Shown here piece by piece: positions 60,835 through 64,000 of a DNA stretch of 64,000 nt. The DNA is from Campylobacterota bacterium (GTDB lineage Bacteria > Campylobacterota > Campylobacteria > Campylobacterales > Thiovulaceae): the NCBI GenBank assembly GCA_030152305.1, contig JASKOM010000001.1, forward strand, positions 329,174 through 393,173. The letters are read 5' to 3'. The position numbers and the translations under genes were made by a program. Positions within the stretch are counted from its first letter, which is position 1. Every line of letters starts with the position of its first letter. Under the pieces are notes generated by a model. The model did no database searches and was not told the DNA's origin. It saw nothing but the letters and a program-made list of their open reading frames with translations.

Positions 60835-60852
60835 AGTTTCGTCCTTATATTG

Positions 60853-61500
60853 TTAAAGGTTATATTGAATATGATAAATAAGTTGTTCATAACTCATTTT
60901 ATGTTTTTCAAGAACTGAACCAAGAAGTTTGCCACTTTCATGCATTCCACCAATAACTTCGGCTTTACGAAGATCTTGATACAACGGTTTAATAATTTCT
61001 AATGCTTTAGAACTTGGTTGTCGTCTAACAGAATAATAACCGATTATATTATTATTTTTATCAAATGACGGAGTAACATTGGCAAAAACCCAATAATATT
61101 CACCGCCTTTTGCTAAATTAATAACAAAAGCATTAATTTCTTTACCTTGTGAAACAGTATCCCAAAGAGCTTTAAAAACGATTTTAGGCATTTCTGGATG
61201 ACGAATAATACTGTGAGGTTGTCCTAACATTTCGTCTTGAGAGTAACCTGCAAGTTTAACAAAGAGTGAATTACCATAAATTATATTACCTCTAACATCT
61301 GTTTTCGAAACGATAATTTCATCTCGTCCAAAAATTTTTTCAATATTAATAGGTTTTGGTCTCCAAATTTTAGCAAGTTCTTTTTTTTCAACTTCTTTTT
61401 GTTTTGGTTGCTGTGCTGAAGTATTATTTTGAGTTGTTGAAAATTTCACTGCCGAAACTTCACTCTTTTCACCTCGTTTAAAGAACTTTAAAAAATCCAT
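60853..61500 (-). CDS. PAS domain protein, paralog of 60271..60834
   Basis: Start moved to ATG 61500 (GAGGAG upstream). The core IIVSKTDVRGNIIYGNSLFVKLAGYSQDEMLGQPHSIIRHPEMPK...[20 protein letters not shown] is nearly collinear with the neighbour. Confidence 0.75.
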   Translation of the reverse strand: MDFLKFFKRGEKSEVSAVKFSTTQNNTSAQQPKQKEVEKKELAKIWRPKPINIEKIFGRDEIIVSKTDVRGNIIYGNSLFVKLAGYSQDEMLGQPHSIIRHPEMPKIVFKALWDTVSQGKEINAFVINLAKGGEYYWVFANVTPSFDKNNNIIGYYSVRRQPSSKALEIIKPLYQDLRKAEVIGGMHESGKLLGSVLEKHKMSYEQLIYHIQYNL

Positions 61501-61820
61501 AAAAATCTCCTCTAATCCTCTATTTGGCAAAAGCCATGTATTGACATACTTCTCATAGCTAAAGCTAGAGATTCTGTTTCAACGAAAGTTGCCTATAAAT
61601 TAGGTCTTATACTCTCTCAACAAGAGTTGATGCCCCAACTCGAAATTTATACCCAAGATTTTACCCTTCACGATATAAGTAATTGTAGCAAACTCTGATA
61701 GATATTTTTATTTAACTTAATATTTAAAATTTCATTTTCATTTAAAATTTTAAATAGTATAATTCCAAAAGTAATATATAAGTTATATTGCTAATAATTA
61801 TAAAAAAACAGGAAACGATC

Positions 61821-62210
61821 ATGTCAGAAATTACAATTACTGAAATCGAACAATTAAAAACAGAAGTAGAAAAAGCAGAAGTTGCTTATAAAGAAGCTAA
61901 AAAAAGACTTGCAGAACAAAAAGCAAACGAAATTAATATAATTGAAGAACAATTTGATGGATCAACAGATGCGATCTTAAATGCATTAAATACTCTTAAC
62001 GAACAGTTAGAAGTTGCATCAACAAAAGGTTCTATCAAAGCAAAACAAATAGTCGAAGGTTTTGGCGGTGAAAGTAAATTCAATGAATTTATCGTTAATC
62101 TAGCAGGATATATCGGTTCTACTGTTGCAACAGGTGGAACAATCGGTGCTATGCCAATGATTATTATGGCTGGTGCTGCTAGAGGTGTTTATCGAAAAAT
62201 CGTAGAATAA
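61821..62210 (+). CDS. hypothetical protein (coiled-coil N-terminus, Gly-rich hydrophobic C-terminus)
   Basis: Start at ATG 61821 (AGGAAA upstream) gives 129 aa. The C-terminal LAGYIGSTVATGGTIGAMPMIIMAGAARG looks membrane-embedded. Confidence 0.45.
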   Translation: MSEITITEIEQLKTEVEKAEVAYKEAKKRLAEQKANEINIIEEQFDGSTDAILNALNTLNEQLEVASTKGSIKAKQIVEGFGGESKFNEFIVNLAGYIGSTVATGGTIGAMPMIIMAGAARGVYRKIVE

Positions 62211-62599
62211 ACCTTAGATAAAAATCTAACAAAATTTTGCCTTGAGTGATTATGCTCAAAGGTTTTAGATAGCTATATAAATTAATAATTACAAATTAAT
62301 TAAATTTCATAAACAATAAGTAGAAAACTTTAAACTTACATTCTTCATAAAAAAATATAAATTGCACCGCCTTAATACAAGGCGGTAACGACAAAATCCA
62401 CAAAATAATCCTCATTATATAAATTATAAAAAAGCAATTTTTTAACAACGAATACTAATTTTAAATAACAATATGAACTAATTCACTATAATTTTTAGTA
62501 AAATTTATATTACAAATATATATATTTTAGTAGTTATGTATTCATGACGATTTGTTTAATAGCAAAGGCTATTTTGCATGGTTCGAATATAATTTATGA

Positions 62600-62628
62600 T
62601 TGACACATAAGTCTTTTTACTATACAAT
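62600..62628 (+). promoter_or_regulatory. sigma70-type promoter candidate for the surface-protein gene
   Basis: TTGACA (62600-62605), a 17-nt spacer, then TACAAT (62623-62628). It lies about 40 nt upstream of ATG 62667. AAGGA RBS at 62652-62656. Confidence 0.5.
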
Positions 62629-62666
62629 TCGAGCGAATATCTTTTAAAAAAAAGGACAAACATAAT

Positions 62667-64000
62667 ATGGGAAATAGAGTTTTAAATACGGCTCTCCTTA
62701 GTTTGGCGACAGCAAGTGTTCTTTCTACAAGTGCAATGGCAGAAGTTACAGTAACCTCTGAAGATCTATTGGATACTTTTACAGCAAAAGCTGGTAGATT
62801 AGATGTAACAAAATTAAGTTTAGCTGTTAATACAGTATCTAAACTTAACTCAATTGTTGTTAAAGTGTCTGACACAAATACATCTCATTTTACAGGTGAG
62901 TTAAACACAAATATTATCACAAGCTTGAAACTTTTCCAAAGAGGACTTGACTCTACTGATGTTGTTGGTAGTGTAAATGTTAGTGATGTAAATACAAGTG
63001 GCAAAGAATTTACAATTACTTTGTCAAAAGATGTTTTCTTTAAAACTCTTGACGATGTTAATCCAAATCAATTTTATGTATCAGCAATGTATGGAGATTT
63101 TCCAGCAAAAGAAGTTGTTCCGTACGATTCAAAAGTAAATTTTAAAATTACTCAAATCAATGTTACAGAGGAATATTATTCAGATGTAACAACTAAAACA
63201 GTTAATCAATCTGCTTTTACACACAATGTAACAAGTCTACCAATCGATCAAAACTTTACAATCGATAGAGCAGAACCTATATTAAAAAATATGACTGACT
63301 TGAATGATTCAAGAAAAGTTTATGACAATTTGTTTAACACAAACTATTATTACAATAATAACACTGTTATATTAGAATTTAACGAAGCAATGAACACAGG
63401 TCTTGTATCATTGAATTCAGCAAATAGTTCTTTTAAATTCAAAGATTCTCTTGATAAACAAATTCCAGTTACAGAAGCTACTTGGTTAGGAAATGCTTTA
63501 ACTTTAAAACTTAATAGTTTTGATTTGAATTCTAGTAGTGGTGGAATTACTATGACATATGCTGGTGGTATTATTCAAGATAAATTCGGTAATGAATTAG
63601 TTGTTGATAACACAAATGATGGTGTTGATGGCAACATTTCATCAAAAGTATTAGTTAAAGATACAGATCATCCACAACTTGCAAAATTTGTTCTTGATTT
63701 TGACAATAAATCAAAAGGAACACTTACTTTTTCTGAAGTAGTTTCGCCAAAAGTTTGGTCAGCAATTGAAGTAAAAAATGCTCTTGCAGAAGACAATGTT
63801 TCCATAGTTGGTAGTTCAATTGTTGCAACGAATAAACAGGATGATGCAAATAATAGTTCGTTAAGAACTGTTATTAGTTTTGATTTAAACAAAATTGTTT
63901 CTACTCCAAACTTAAAAGTAACATATACACAAAAAGCTGATGGAAACATTACTGATAAAGCAGGTAATGCTATTTCAAATAATTTATCAATTGATCATAA
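62667..64000 (+). CDS. large exported surface / S-layer-like repeat protein (5' part; runs off the window)
   Basis: Frame open from ATG 62667 to the window end. It is absent from the ORF track because no stop lies in the window. Signal peptide MGNRVLNTALLSLATASVLSTSAMA. T/S/N/V-rich beta-type sequence with no Cys. Confidence 0.65.
   Translation, partial: MGNRVLNTALLSLATASVLSTSAMAEVTVTSEDLLDTFTAKAGRLDVTKLSLAVNTVSKLNSIVVKVSDTNTSHFTGELNTNIITSLKLFQRGLDSTDVVGSVNVSDVNTSGKEFTITLSKDVFFKTLDDVNPNQFYVSAMYGDFPAKEVVPYDSKVNFKITQINVTEEYYSDVTTKTVNQSAFTHNVTSLPIDQNFTIDRAEPILKNMTDLNDSRKVYDNLFNTNYYYNNNTVILEFNEAMNTGLVSLNSANSSFKFKDSLDKQIPVTEATWLGNALTLKLNSFDLNSSSGGITMTYAGGIIQDKFGNELVVDNTNDGVDGNISSKVLVKDTDHPQLAKFVLDFDNKSKGTLTFSEVVSPKVWSAIEVKNALAEDNVSIVGSSIVATNKQDDANNSSLRTVISFDLNKIVSTPNLKVTYTQKADGNITDKAGNAISNNLSIDH

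Noticed and set aside
62366-62386. Perfect 8-bp hairpin ACCGCCTT/AAGGCGGT whose T-run lies on the minus strand although no minus-strand gene ends there
   Set aside because: It is isolated and lies 150 nt from the nearest gene end. It could be a terminator for an unannotated antisense transcript or just a chance GC-rich stem. Evidence is insufficient.

Overview
A 64-kb stretch of a very AT-rich bacterial chromosome, roughly 30% G+C by eye. The gene content points to a Campylobacterota (epsilonproteobacterium-like) genome, which is an inference: plsY, ccoG, an AddB-type nuclease, a CheZ-like phosphatase, CetB-like PAS proteins next to an MCP, an OprD-type porin, and the rpmH-rnpA-yidD-yidC-jag cluster. 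About 70 protein-coding genes are supported, mostly tightly packed housekeeping operons: panD-ybaB, hslU-coaBC-plsY, trpC-trpS, amt-PII, rplY-pth-lptFG, leuD-leuB, ilvA, mogA, hisZ, rpsU, rho, fbp-mobB. I found no rRNA, tRNA or CRISPR array.

Four things stand out.
1. A 5.6-kb insertion is bounded by a perfect 34-bp direct repeat that duplicates the 3' end of hemD. It carries one 1641-aa protein that fuses a DEDD-like exonuclease, a RecQ helicase core and a UvrD helicase core, plus a divergent membrane-anchored coiled-coil protein. No recombinase is present. This is my best candidate for an undescribed (defense or DNA-surveillance) module.
2. A second 3.2-kb insertion has the same architecture, with a 61-bp direct repeat of the ccoG 3' end. 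It carries a Cys-rich vWA surface protein.
3. The 8-mer GATGAGGT occurs 33 times, against roughly one expected by composition. It lies on both strands, in several reading frames and in intergenic DNA, and once as an inverted pair forming a terminator-like hairpin. That is the signature of a DNA-uptake-sequence-like or other DNA-level signal.
4. Several genes are interrupted or have irregular starts. These are a KilA-N gene remnant, an inositol-monophosphatase-family gene with TAG at the conserved Trp codon, a possible frameshift in the surface-protein gene, and rnpA without a canonical start codon.

All domain calls rest on motif recognition by eye. No searches were run.
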